NCBI GenBank assembly: GCA_976551045.1
Contig: CDPCPM010000013.1
Location: 10,602,001-10,666,000, forward strand
Direction: 5' to 3'
DNA length: 64,000 nucleotides
Source of the DNA: Glaucostegus cemiculus
Taxonomy: Eukaryota
Each line of letters opens with the position of its first letter. Position 1 is the stretch's first letter. The notes under the pieces were generated by a model. It did no database searches. It saw nothing but the letters and a program-made list of their open reading frames with translations, and was not told the origin of the DNA. The position numbers and the translations under genes are program-made. Of the stretch, positions 12,411 to 24,747 are shown piece by piece.

Positions 12411-14067
12411 TAGCTCTCAGAAGATGCCACTGGGTATTTCTCTCTTATCAGAGAATCTACATTCTATCTTCTACCCAATAGCAATTTTGTATCCATCCAC
12501 TTCTTCTTCCATCTAAGTGACTTCAAGTTTTGCTGCCACGATGTGAAACTTTATGAAATATTTTGGGAAGTCCTTGAATGCACCAAGTCAAGCATTCTCA
12601 TCAACCAGTAAATGGTGTAGACAGGGAAAAGTTGTTGCAAAGGACATTGATGGATTCAATAAATGGGTAAAACTGTTGCAAAACGAGGTTTTTGTGGGAT
12701 GTTGTGGACTTTGGATATAAGACAGAGTAGTTCCGAAACAGAAAGTTTAGAAAACAAATCAAGAGATACCATTTTCTCAGGTGATGGCTTTCAAAGAGGC
12801 CTTAAAATTAGAGTAAGACTATTCAAGAGTAATATCAGAAAATGTGTCTTCACATAAAGAGTAGAAACAATCTGAAACTCTTCCCCCAACATACTGGTTA
12901 AGCCAAGTCACATGAAAATTTCCAAAATGAGATTTGATCAGCTTTTCTTGGGCAAGGTTATGAAGGGTTACAGAACTCAGGATGCAAGATAAAATGGAGA
13001 GTAGAAAAGACTCGATGGCAAAATGATCTACTCCTTTTCTGTACTCTCTGCACACTAGTCCTGCAGAAAAAATAATCTGGAAGCATAATTTTTTCATATA
13101 TATGCAGTTTGTATCATGTGACAACAGTAGAATACAGAATCAAAGTTATGAACAGATTTCCAAGGTCAAACAGCAATTAAATACAACAGGAAATAAATGT
13201 GCCATATGTTAACTGAAATAAGGATTAACTCAATGGAAAGGAAGCTCATTAGCATCTGGGATCCAAGATTTGGCAAAGGAAAGGTGGGGAGTGGGTGGGG
13301 GAGTGAGATGGAAGCACTCTGATGGTTAAGTGAATTACAGAAAGAGCTCTTATGAGCTGCAGCTAATATTTTTAAAATTTCTGACATTCCATATATCCAA
13401 AGTATATTTGGTTTGATTTTAAATCAGCTAAGGCAGCAATGTAAGAACAAGCTGATTATTATTTTTTATTTATACAAATGTATAGGTTAAGGGAAAATTG
13501 TTGTGCCCATTCGAGCCAAGAAGGAGCTTTCTATCATAATCCACTTCTAAACTTTGTCCATGGTCTTGAAACTTAAAGGACATCAAGTGCTACTCAAAGT
13601 ACTTTTCTTTAAAGTAGCAGAAATAGAAGGGGCTAAAAGCATAATGAAATGTACCTAATTTTGAGGATACAATCTTATTGATGTTAAAATAGTACATGTT
13701 GCTGCTTAGGTTAAGGTAGAGTTATTCCTGATAGGCCATATACATTAAGCATAAAATTCTCAATAGGTGCCACCAATTTGCAAAGTCTGATATTGAATGA
13801 GAAAAGGCTATATAACAACGCCATATCAGATGTGCATTGCATGGTTCAGCAAACAAAATAAAGTAGAATATTTTTGACATATTAACGGAATCCATTGAAA
13901 TGCAATCAGTCTACATCAAGGTGAGATTCAATCTACTTTCTTCTTGTTGATCCACACATTGTGATGTATAGTAAGCTTTAAAGCAAACTACTTGATGACA
14001 GCCAAAAAGATTAAATGCTTCCTTGCTTTCCTGTTCTATTTAAGGTTGGAATGTGTGTGTGTTTTAC

Positions 14068-14203
14068 CTGAATTCTTCTCCAGCAGATGTTGCTTCTTTT
14101 TTTGTCTCTCCTGTTTTTCTTTCTCTGCCTTCTCTCTGGCCAGCCTGACGCGCCTCAGCTTTTCTTCTGCTTCTCGCTGCCTCATGTTTTCTTTAACAGC
14201 TTG
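14068..14203 (-). CDS. DIAPH3: DIAPH3 coding exon (end of FH2 and charged coil before the DAD), 136 bp
   Basis: ttttactaaag|CAA..., translating QAVKENMRQREAEEKLRRVRLAREKAEKEKQERQKKKQHLLEKNS plus one G, then CAG|GTAAAA donor. The next (DAD) exon was not found in 1-14067. Confidence 0.93.
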
Positions 14204-14713
14204 CTTTAGTAAAACAAAGGTAAAAGAATTGTTAAAGAAAAAAATAATTCAAAGTGTGCCAAAGATAAAGTGAGGAAGAATAATTAGAATAACATGCTTA
14301 ACGATTTCATTTAAGTGGCCATAAGCAGCTGTCTTAGTTATTGCTCTTAGTTTTCAATTTGATTACTTCTTGAAGGCAGGCATTATTTTATGCTCAAGTA
14401 AATACAATGGTGTAAACTACTCTTCTCAAACCTTTTGAAATATATTCTTACTGGTCTTTTAGCAATATATAATTACAATTGATGGCAAATTAAAAAGTGA
14501 AAATTAATCTGATAAATCTCTTTGGTAATAACATTGAAGTGTTATATTGGCAAAGTAAACATGCACTAATTAGTTTGTATGATCTTAACATTCCTCTACT
14601 TATTTAATTAATGTAGCATAACAAAAAATTTAATCAAAAAACAAAACTTCCAGCAAGCTAAATTTGAAATTCTTGTTTCTTCACTTCCAAAGTGTTTCAT
14701 CATAAGAACATAC

Positions 14714-14878
14714 CAAAAACATGGATTTGAAGTTACTGGTCTCATTAAAAACCTCCTCTATTGTAACCTTCTTTGGATTGATAACAAAATAGTGCATCAA
14801 ATCATGGTACAGCTTCTCCATGTTTTTGTGCATGTTGGCCAGTTTATGGTACTCTTCACGGGCATATCTAGCAAAACT
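14714..14878 (-). CDS. DIAPH3: DIAPH3 coding exon (FH2 C-terminal helix), 165 bp
   Basis: Preceded by TTCCTTAAC branch site and AC acceptor. Translates SFARYAREEYHKLANMHKNMEKLYHDLMHYFVINPKKVTIEEVFNETSNFKSMFL, then GTATGT donor. Confidence 0.93.
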
Positions 14879-15992
14879 GTGAGATACTGTTAAGGAAATG
14901 CAGAGCTGCTGTGCAAAGAGTAAACATGAGAAATAAACCAAATTATATGCTTGCATTTTTCATAGGTTTCATTTCACCCAGAATTGTTTCTTTCATTAAT
15001 TTTTACTTGATTAAAAGAAAACAAAATTACTAAATTAATAGCATTGATACTACAGGACGAGGTTAAGAGTACTTTCACATCTTGTAGGTGGAATGCTAGG
15101 CTTTAATAGCAGTGGTCACTCTTAATGACCTTTCACTTTTCCTCTTCTTCCTGTCAAATGTTCTGCACATTCCATATGGTGTCCTTTAGCCCAGCATCAA
15201 TAAAGCAAGAAAGCAAAAGGATCCGAGATGAATGGCAGTAAAACTACCTGTTGACCTCTATTGTACCCCTCAGTACAAATGCATTCCTATATATTGTTGC
15301 ATCTCCTACCTTCCACCTTGCTTTCATACAATGTTTGCTTACAGTGCAAGATTTGTGTTCCACTACTTTGAAGCATTTTGACCAACAAAATATGGATACC
15401 AGAGTCTCAAAGGATTCCTGCAACACCTGCATCTTTCAACCCTTCCAAGTGAACGGGCATTTGCTATTTGACATCTAGCTGTGGGGTGAACAGTGTTGGA
15501 ACCTGTGATCAAGAAATATTGAACCACTTATACGCACTGCAAGGAAAACAGGTGTCTGACAAGCTCAGAAACTCTTAATGAGAGCTTGAGCAACCGATGA
15601 GAACCTGCAGTCATGGATCATCACCAGATATGAAGCAGCCTGAGGTTCCCACACAGTGCAAGAATTGCAAGCTACAAGGAAGATTCCTCCCTCCAATATA
15701 ATTATGACTGGAAAAAAACACCTCAAACAGAAAATAATTACTTACATTATTACTATTAACTCATTATTTTTCTATTCAGCAGAGCAAACTAATCAAAGAT
15801 TTCACGCAGAGCAAACATGAAGAATGCCTCTGTCACAGAAAACTCCAATCAAAAAATCTGCTAAGAAAAGGCCATAAGGTACAAAACTGTTTTTCTAAGT
15901 GGTTTAACAGTAAATTCTGAGTTCACAAATGTGAAATGAAATAATAAATTTGTTGAATCTTGTTCTATGAAGGTTGTAATGTGGAAGAAGAA

Positions 15993-16290
15993 GGGACGGC
16001 ACGGTAGCATAGTGGTAGCACAATGCTTTACAGTGCCAGCAACCCAGGTTCAAATCCGGCCACTGCCTGTAAGGAGTTTGTACGTTCTCCCCGTGTCTGT
16101 GTGGGTGTCCTCCGGGTGCTCCAGTTTCCTCCCACATTCCACAGATGTACAGGTTAGGAAGTTATGGGCATGCTATGTTGGCGCCGGAAGCGTGGCAACA
16201 CTTGTGGGCTACCCCCAGAACTCTCTGTGCAAAAGATGTATTTCACTGTGTGTTTCGATGTACGTGTGACTAATAAAGATCTTATCTTAT
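15993..16290 (+). mobile_element. tRNA-derived V-SINE with type-B (Rex1-like) tail
   Basis: A/B-box-like head and V core ggagtttgtacgttctccccgtgtctgtgtggg...ttcctcccacattcc. Tail tttcactgtgtgtttcgatgtacgtgtgactaataaagatcttatcttat. Confidence 0.85.
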
Positions 16291-16389
16291 AAAAGGGTAG
16301 TTACATAAATCTTCTATTGACTGGTGGGCTGCTAATTACCAGCCCAAGAACCACATTGTTTCTTCCACTATGGTCCTGTGATAGTCTTC

Positions 16390-17370
16390 AAAGTCAACTA
16401 GAAAAAAACTCGAAGTCCATCGTAGTGCAAAGTGATCATAGTGTTGCTGCCTTAAGGTAGTGATTAGGGTTGTGCATGTTGGTTCGAGAACCAAATGGTT
16501 GAAGGGAAGTAACTGTTTTTGAACCTGGTGGTGTGGGACCTCAGGCTTCTGTACTTCCAGCCCGATGGCAACTGCAAGAAGATGGCATGGCCCAGATGGT
16601 GGGGATCTTTGATCACAGATGATGATGCAACCAATCAGGATACTTTCAAAGTACATCTGTAGAAGTTTCTTAGCATATTTGGTAACATGCCAGAAGTCCT
16701 GAACCTTCTAAGAGAGTAAAGATGCTGACACGTCTGCCTTGTGAACGCATCTATTTGCTGGACCCTGGACAGGTCATCTGATACGTTAACACTCAGGAAT
16801 TTAAAACAGCTGACTCTCTCCACTGCTGATTCCCCAATGTAGACTGGTGCATGTTCACCCTCCTTCTCCTTCCTTAAGTCAACAATCAGCATTTTAGTTT
16901 TACTGACGTTGAGCAAAAGGTTGTTGTCGTGGCACCACTGAACCAGGTCTCCTATTTTGCTTCTGTACACTGACTCATTACTACATGTGATTTGTCCAAC
17001 AATAGTGGCGTCATCGGCAAATTTGTATACATCTTTGGAATTGTGCTTAGCCACACAGTCATGTGTGTAAGGAGTAGAGCAGGGGGCTAAGCACACAGCC
17101 TTGAGGCGTACCCATGTTGATGGTCAGCGAAGAGAAGACATTGTCACCAATCCTCAATGACTGAGGTTTGCTGATGAGCAAGTCAAGGATCCAGTTGCAG
17201 AGGGAGGTACAGATGCTCAGGTCTTGAAGCTTGATAACGAGTTGGATGGGATGATTGTGCTGGACGCCAAGTTGTAGTTGATGAACAGCAGCCTGACGTC
17301 TGTGTTCCTGCTTTCCAAATGGTCCAGACTGGAGAAAGAGCCACAGAAATTGCACCTGCTGTTGACCTGT
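16390..17370 (-). mobile_element. Rex1/Babar-like LINE 3' part
   Basis: ORF 16635-17096 ([34 protein letters not shown]) and 17059-17523 ([18 protein letters not shown]). Confidence 0.88.
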
Positions 17371-19489
17371 TGTGGCGGTAGGGAGATTGAAGAATTTGCC
17401 TATGGCAGGCTGAGAAGCTGGTTCTCCATCTATCGTTGCAGCCCAGGGCCTCTCCAAGCATAAGTGGCCAGCCCTGAAAGGTTTTGACAGCCAGGGCAAT
17501 CTCACCTCCCCCTCCCAACTCACCAGCTGTCAAATGCAATAATTTTTTATAATATGGGAAATACTAAATGATAAAAAAGCTAAAATTAAAGTTAATATAT
17601 TTTTAAAAATTAAAACAACAAACAAAAACACTTTCAGACACATAACAACAATGAATTGCACTTAAACTAACCATTCACCTGGCAGATGTTTCTTCCCATT
17701 GATTTCAATAGGCCCTTTTGCCTATGTCTAATCTGATATGAGTCCAGTGAATAAACTTTCCAAGCCAAGAGCTGGCAAATCTAAGGAAAGTTGCAATTGC
17801 TCATTGGATTCTACTGGCACATTGCCGGTGTCACAGGTCCAGCAGTTAACTAGAGCATCAGACTGCACTGCTTGCGAGTCCTGAGCTACTGCCCAGTTTA
17901 GTGCATAAAAGTTGACAGATCCAAATGGAACAGCCAGCTTTTAAGCTGAAGATGTGCAAGGCCTGAAAATGTAAAATAATGTACAATTTTAAAATGTAAC
18001 ATTAAGACTGCGATTAAATTGTTTTTTTAAATAGCATCACCAAGATTACTTGTGATGTTAAATATTATGAGCACATGAATTTCATGTACAGTAGAACTAC
18101 CACAACAGTATGAATGGCACACTGCTAATAAAACATTCATTCCGTGTTGGAAGAAATAAAACAGTTCCACAATGTCAATGGTGAACCACAAACCTCTGAA
18201 TTAGTGGGGCCCACATTCCAATTCTACCTCCACTTGCAATCTAATTTTCCAATGACCTCTGGGCAAAATTCCATTAGATATTACCTGGATTGTTAAACAC
18301 AATCTCCTTAAGTAGCAGAGGGGCACTTTGTATATATGTATGCTGTATGGCAGATATTAATTATAGTGTTGACGGTGTTGTTCACAAAAAATATCTTCCC
18401 TTTTCAGTAGCACTGGGTTCAGAAGCTGCAGTTTATCTTCAAAAGAAAAAAAACCTGGTGGAAAGTATAAGACAGTATCATCAGGAATAGACGGAGCAAA
18501 TAACATAAGTTAATCAACACTCTTATACTGATTGCTTTTGAAAAAGATGTGACTATAAGATGTCCTTCTGCAAGGAAAACTCCAGAATATTCTACAAAGA
18601 TATCTTGTAACATCAAGAGGAAAGATCCCAAGTGAGAATGATCCAATAGATAAAAGACAGAAGACTAAATAATATGATGTCAAGTTTTATATGACGCACC
18701 TATGATCAAATTCTTTGCAGGAAATGGTTCATACTTGCAAATGGTTCTGAATGATAGGGGGGTTAAAATCATATCAAAGTACTGTCCATGTGCTTATTGG
18801 TGCTATAAATTATTTGAGATTTTTTTTTTACAAGCATAAAAGGGTAAAGATTTTTCTGCAAACTTTTGGCATTGCAGGACTCCAGGATAGAAATATATTG
18901 CTAGTTGCTTCCACTAGATATGCAACATAGCTTCAACTGTGCATGGTACATTGCTTCCAAAATTTGCTTCCATGATAATGGACTACATGGTATATTTAGC
19001 ATATGCAAGCAAGAATGAATTTCCACTCTCTGGTCTTCAGAAGAAAAACTAAATTTAAAAAAAAATCACCTTTTATAACCTAACATAACTAAGTTTACTT
19101 TGATAGTTAATTCATTAGCTTTAGGTGATCTGAACAATAAGATTTTACAGCATGTTACTGAAGTATATGGTTAAATGCTTAATAAAAAAAGATCAGATAA
19201 ATCACTGCATGCTTTTTCCCCCACAATTATCTGCTGTATCATATAGTCATTGGCTTTCAGCAGTGGGAATATCCTAGATGAAATGAAATGAATTTTTAAG
19301 AGCTGATAATGAATCAGGACTTAAAATTCTATAACTCATTATTTTAATTAAGAACTTCTTAATATTTAAGTATGCAAATCCATTTAAAATACATAAATGC
19401 AGGTGTTGATACATTACACATGACAATGTGAGGAAATATTGATCTAAACCTAGCTAAAACTTTTATTTTCCAATAGTTCCATAGTAGAT

Positions 19490-20872
19490 ACCAGATCAAC
19501 CTTCCCAAGGGTAAACCCACAGAAAGCAACTGGCCTGGAGGAAGTCCCTGGCCGTTTCCTCTGATCCTGCTCAGACCAGCTGGTGGGAACATTCACTGAC
19601 TTCTTTAACCTCTCCCTACTCCGAATAGAGGGTCCCACTTGCTTTAAGAAGACAACCATCAACCCAGTGCTAAAGAAAAATAAGATAACATGCTTTGATA
19701 AATATCGCTGGATAGCTCTGATATCCATCATTCTGAAGTACTTCAAAAGGCTAGTCATGACACACATCAATTCCGGCCTCCCAGACAACCTCGACCCATT
19801 GCAATTCACCTACCACCAAAACAGGACCTTGGCGGACACCAACTCCCTGGCCCTACGCTCATCTCTGAAGCATCTGGATAGCAAAAACTTCTAGACCTAG
19901 GACTCTGCACCCCCCTCTGCAACCGGATCCTTGGCTTTCTTACCAACAGACTGCAATCAGTGAAAACAGGTGACAATTCCTCCTCCATGATTAACCTCCA
20001 CGATCCACGTTTGTAGATGATGCCACCTGAGTGGACTGGATCTCAAACAATGACGAGACAGAGTACAGGAAGGAAACAATAAGCCAAGTGGCATGGTGTC
20101 AAAACAACAGCCTTTCCCTCAATGTCAGTAAAACGAAGGAGCTGTTCATTGACTTCAGGAAGTGGGGTAGAGTACACACCTCTGTCTATATCAATGGTGC
20201 TGAGGTGGAGATGGTTGAGAGCTTCAAGTTTCTAGTTGTAAATCTCACCAACAATTTCTCCTGGTCTAACTATATGGATGCTATGGCCAAGAAAGCACAC
20301 CAACACCTCTATTTCCTCTGAAGGCTCAGGAAATTTGGCATTTTTGATGACAGACCACCTTTTAGAGATGCATCATAGAAAGCATCCTATCCAGTTGCAT
20401 CAGAACTTGGGAAGGTAACTGCTCTGCCCAAGACTGCAAAAAACGGCAGAGAGTTGTAAATGCAGTCCAATCCATTACACAAACTAATCTCCCCTCCGTT
20501 GACTCTGTCTACACTTGCTGTCTTGGGGAAGCAGCCAACATAATCAACGACATTCTCTCTTCTTCGCTCTCCCATCAGCAAGAAGATAAAAAAGCCTGAA
20601 AGCAAGAACCACCAAACTCAAGGACAGCTTCTATCCCACTGTTATCAGACTTGTGAATGGACCTCTCATATGCTAAAAGATGAACTCTTAATCTCCCAAA
20701 CTACCTCATTGTGGACCTTGTACTTTATTCTTCTACCTGCAATGCACTCTCTGTAACCACAACACTGTATTCTGCATCCTGTTTTCTTTTTACTACCTCA
20801 ATGATGTAATCATGCAAAACAAAAGTTCTCCACGCTATCTTGGAACATGTGTTCATAATAAACCAATAATAA
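19490..20872 (+). mobile_element. Rex1/Babar-like LINE with internal deletions
   Basis: ORFs 19583-19894 ([10 protein letters not shown]) and 20031-20321 (LSLNVSKTKEL). Tail ataataaaccaata. Confidence 0.85.
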
Positions 20873-21059
20873 TGCACTGTTAAATCATGTATACAAAATA
20901 TATTATACTCTTCTGGCACTCTTTTTAATAAGCATATTCTCGTTTGTATATTTACTCAAGATTAGGTACGTTAGTACTAGGAAAAGAATACTTCCCATTT
21001 AAAATATCTGAGTTATAGGTGACAGGAGCAGACAGATGACCATCGCATAGTGTTTAAAA

Positions 21060-21306
21060 TTTTAAAAATTTATTTACAGCGTGGTAACAGGTCCTTTCGG
21101 CCCAACGAGTCCGCGCCGCCCATTTTAAACACCCAAGTTAACCTACCCGTACGTCTTTAGAATGTGGGAGGAAACCGGAGCACCCGGAGGAAACCCACGC
21201 AGACACGGGAGAACGTAGAAACTCCTTACAGTCAGCGACGGGAATTGAACCCCGATTGCTGGCGCTGTAACAGTGTTGCGCTAACCGCTACGCTATCGTG
21301 CCGCCC
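21060..21306 (-). mobile_element. V-SINE with type-A (CR1-like) tail
   Basis: Reverse complement of the copies at 47160 and 50531. Confidence 0.88.
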
Positions 21307-21309
21307 ATG

Positions 21310-21545
21310 TTGTGTAGCATGGTGGCTAGGTTACTGGAGAAATAGCCAGAGGCCTGGACTATTGATCTGGAGACAAGAGCTAAAATCCAACTATAGATGG
21401 GGAAGTTAAATTCAAACAAATAAAATAAACTGGTAAAAATCTGGAATAAAAACTATTATTAAAATAGCCATTTAAAAAAAGCTATTATTACAAATCCTTT
21501 CCTTTGGAAAAGTAAATCTGTCATCCTGACCTGGTCAGTCAGGAT
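21310..21545 (+). mobile_element. Degenerate older tRNA-derived SINE
   Basis: Resembles, from memory, a common shark SINE (actgga..ccagaggcc..aaatctggaat..gaaaagtaaatctgtcatcctgacctggtc). Heavily diverged. Confidence 0.4.
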
Positions 21546-24500
21546 GTACTGACTTATTTCTGGACACCAGGTTGTGGCCGTCAATGATGCAGTCTTTAAA
21601 ATCAGGGGAGTACAAGAGGCCAGAGCTGGAAAAGTGCAGAGGTCTCGCTTGCTGGGCTGGAGAAAATTACAAAGGTAGAGATGAGCAAAACCTCAGGGGA
21701 TTTATAAACAAGGCTGAGAGTTTTAAAGTAGTGGTGATGGTGGACCTAAAATATAAGTGCAATGTCTCTACATGCATGGATATGCTACACTCTGTGCTTC
21801 TATGTAAGTGGACATAAGATCCTGTTGGATGAGAGAGTCATACAGTCATATGATGTGCCTGCTTTGGAAACATATAATAAGAACACCAACTGGCAGTCTG
21901 GTAGGAACTTGAAGATTCAATAATGTATCTAGGTTAAAGGTTCTGCTAGCAAATAAACTACCATATCTTTTATGTGTACGTAAGGTGCCTTGATGAATGT
22001 GTGAAGACATTGCAGAAAGAGAATAACAAATAGAAGTAGGCATCCTCCATTATTCAATAAGGTCCTTGTTGATCAGATGCTTCAAATGTACTTTTCTTGA
22101 CAGATCTCCATATATTCCTTTAGTGTCTAGAAGTCAATTGATTTTAACCCTGAACATCGATCAAAGGAGTGATAAGTGATTGGCTTTTGAGGAGTCTTAA
22201 AATGCAGCAGCAGCTTCATGCAAAAGTACCCTCCCAAAATAAAAAAGGCTGATTTTCAAATAGCAACTATCACCAAGCGAAAAACAGGCAGAATGAACCT
22301 TTGGCCAGTCTGATGCAGGCTGGCCCAGGCAGTACAGCCCTCATTAGTTTTGTGTTACCAAGCTGTTCATGCTTTTAGCAATGCTTAGTGAATAGAGGGA
22401 GTAGGAATTCCAAATGCATAAAGTCCAGCTATTCCAATAGAAGTGGAAGATGGGAATTAATGAAAAACACTATGTTGTTGGAGAAACTTGGCAGGCCAGG
22501 CAACATTCAACATCCGCAGAGAAAAGCAGGTGCTCAGTGTTTCGGGTCAGGATTGGGCACGGGTGGGGGGGTGGGGGGGAGGCGGAGGGAGGGGAGAGTA
22601 TTGTTGAAAGGAGAATTCTAGACAAGGGCCACAAAGGATCAGGCATCAGTCTTTGTGGAGCAATTAATACTTTTCCTGCACCAAAAAAAAACATTCAAAG
22701 TGATTTCATGATTCATTTTTAAACTAGCCTGCAGCAGACTTCAAAGGACTGCTTACCAGATGAAGTAGAACAACATTTAGTGCTAACTACACACAGGGCA
22801 AGCTCTGTCCTCTGGTACCCCTAAACTGCATTGGACCCCTACTGATTTCAAAGGACTCAAATTTGAATGCAGTAGTTAAGCTGCTGTCTATTTTGGTTGA
22901 ATGCTTAGCCCATACATTTTAAGTTGTTAGCAAAATGGTCAAGGTCTGGATGTCAGTATGAATATGGTAGTATGTGTGCTGTACTCATTTTTTCAATGTG
23001 CTCCTGCACATTCTCACCTAATGGAGAGAATGAAATTGACTCTAATTGTCTGTAGTACTCTGGTTGTATCCTGAGATTGCCACAATTTACAGACAAATAC
23101 AGTCTAAAATGGACCCCTCACTTAACATATGTGCTAAAAGTAAACAATATACAGAGTTTGTGTTAAAAAACTATCCCTAAAGTCAGTTATTTGGCAACAA
23201 TGAAAAAAGATCATGAGATTTAATAAAAAAATTACTGCTACCTCTGGCTAAAATAAATTGGATATAGTATTATCAATAAGAAAAAACAGCAAGGTTAAGA
23301 CAGAATCGAGGAGACAATTCATATCACTCATTCTGCTTTCGGAAGATACCTAGCCACTGTTATTATCAACACTATGAATGCATAATCAGGTTAGACTCAT
23401 GTCCTAAGTTTATACCAATGAAAACTTACTGTTGCTCTTTTTTTCTTGTCCTCTGTCAAAGTTAATTAAAGCAAATAATTTTTTGCAGTTCTTAATAAAT
23501 GAAGTCAATTATATTTTAATTGATGTTTGATGTTGTTGCCTTGTATAAAATTAGCTAAGTATATGATCATATCACATTTAATATTTCCCAAAAAATTAAG
23601 TGTGACTACTTTATTACAGTATTTAATAAATAATAGTTAGCTAAGTTAAACTGCAGATTACATTACATTTCACGCCCACCCAATTTATAAATGCACTGTG
23701 ACAAAAGTAGCCAGGAATGATCATGGAAAGCTGCTGTTTAAAGGATGATGAATTGTTTCTACCAAAGGCATTTCCTTCTCGCATTCTGATTTCCCTTTGA
23801 CTTCCATCTATTGAGTCTCTCAACAAATACCTTTGCTGTAAGAGTTTAATTTATCTGCTTAAATGTTGCTAATAAATTGCTCACATCATATCGCTTCATC
23901 TTCTGAAAATTGATTCAGAAGTTTAATATTAATTTACCTCTTATTTAATGATTATTACTTAATTCCTGCAAAATGTTACCATCTGGAAGAGGTACAATCT
24001 TTTACAATATTTACTTGCAATACTTACTTCAACAATATTTTACCTTCTTGTTGCACAGAAAAAAATTCCTTAACATTTAAGAATTATCACAATTTTTTGC
24101 CTCTTTTCCAAAATGATTGTACATTGACAGAATGCAAACACTATTCAGTTCAGAAAAATATGTGCCTCCGTGAAGAGAAAAGGAAAACAGCTTTGCTAAG
24201 ATTTTGACAGTTTAGTCATTCTCCTTGTGCTGCACAAACCCAGACAGTCCAGACATCATTTAGCTACACAGAATAATGCAACACCATGAGTCATTAACAA
24301 TCTACCTTACACTTCTGAGGCATTTCTGCATCATATATAGTGTAAACTTTACGCAAACTTTAAGCATTAGCAATGCACTACATTTTCTTATGGATCATAT
24401 TCAGACCATTTTGAATAACTAGTATACTGTCAAATATATTTAAATTTTTTTTCAAAATAATCCTTCACTTACTTACACACTTTAACAGGGTCCCTCAGCA

Positions 24501-24622
24501 TTTGATGAAGATTAATATGAAACAATTGTTTTACCAATGCACTTTAAAAAAGTTTAGAAAATATATGTATATAGCTCAACTAAATGTCATTTTATGAGCT
24601 GTATAACTGTCAGAAAGGATAT

Positions 24623-24747
24623 GGACATCTTTGTCACAAACTTGTCATGCATGTCCTCTGCTGGAGGAAAAGTCTCCAAATCCTTTTCAAGCTGTTGAAG
24701 CTGTTTCTCCATCTGCTTAAGGCTCTTGTCCAAGTTTTCTGCACATA
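24623..24747 (-). CDS. DIAPH3: DIAPH3 coding exon (FH2), 125 bp
   Basis: ccttttatag|TA completes G+TA=Val, then CAENLDKSLKQMEKQLQQLEKDLETFPPAEDMHDKFVTKMS. Followed by the U12 donor ATATCCTTT. Confidence 0.95.

Larger units (their letters stand above)
14879..24622 (-). other. U12-type (minor spliceosome) AT-AC intron of DIAPH3, 9744 bp
   Basis: 5' end ATATCCTTT (24622-24614), branch site TTCCTTAAC (14897-14889), terminal AC (14880-14879). Removal gives the in-frame junction ...KMS|SFAR... Confidence 0.93.

Noticed and set aside
1-14067. DIAPH3 DAD exon (..GVMDNLLEALQSGAAF..)
   Set aside because: Not found by eye on the minus strand; presumably beyond the window. A tBLASTn would settle it.
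23430-23452. 23-nt purine-rich micro-exon (tttgacag|...|gtaagt) on the minus strand
   Set aside because: U2 signals inside a U12 intron, frameshifting, with no other support; likely chance.
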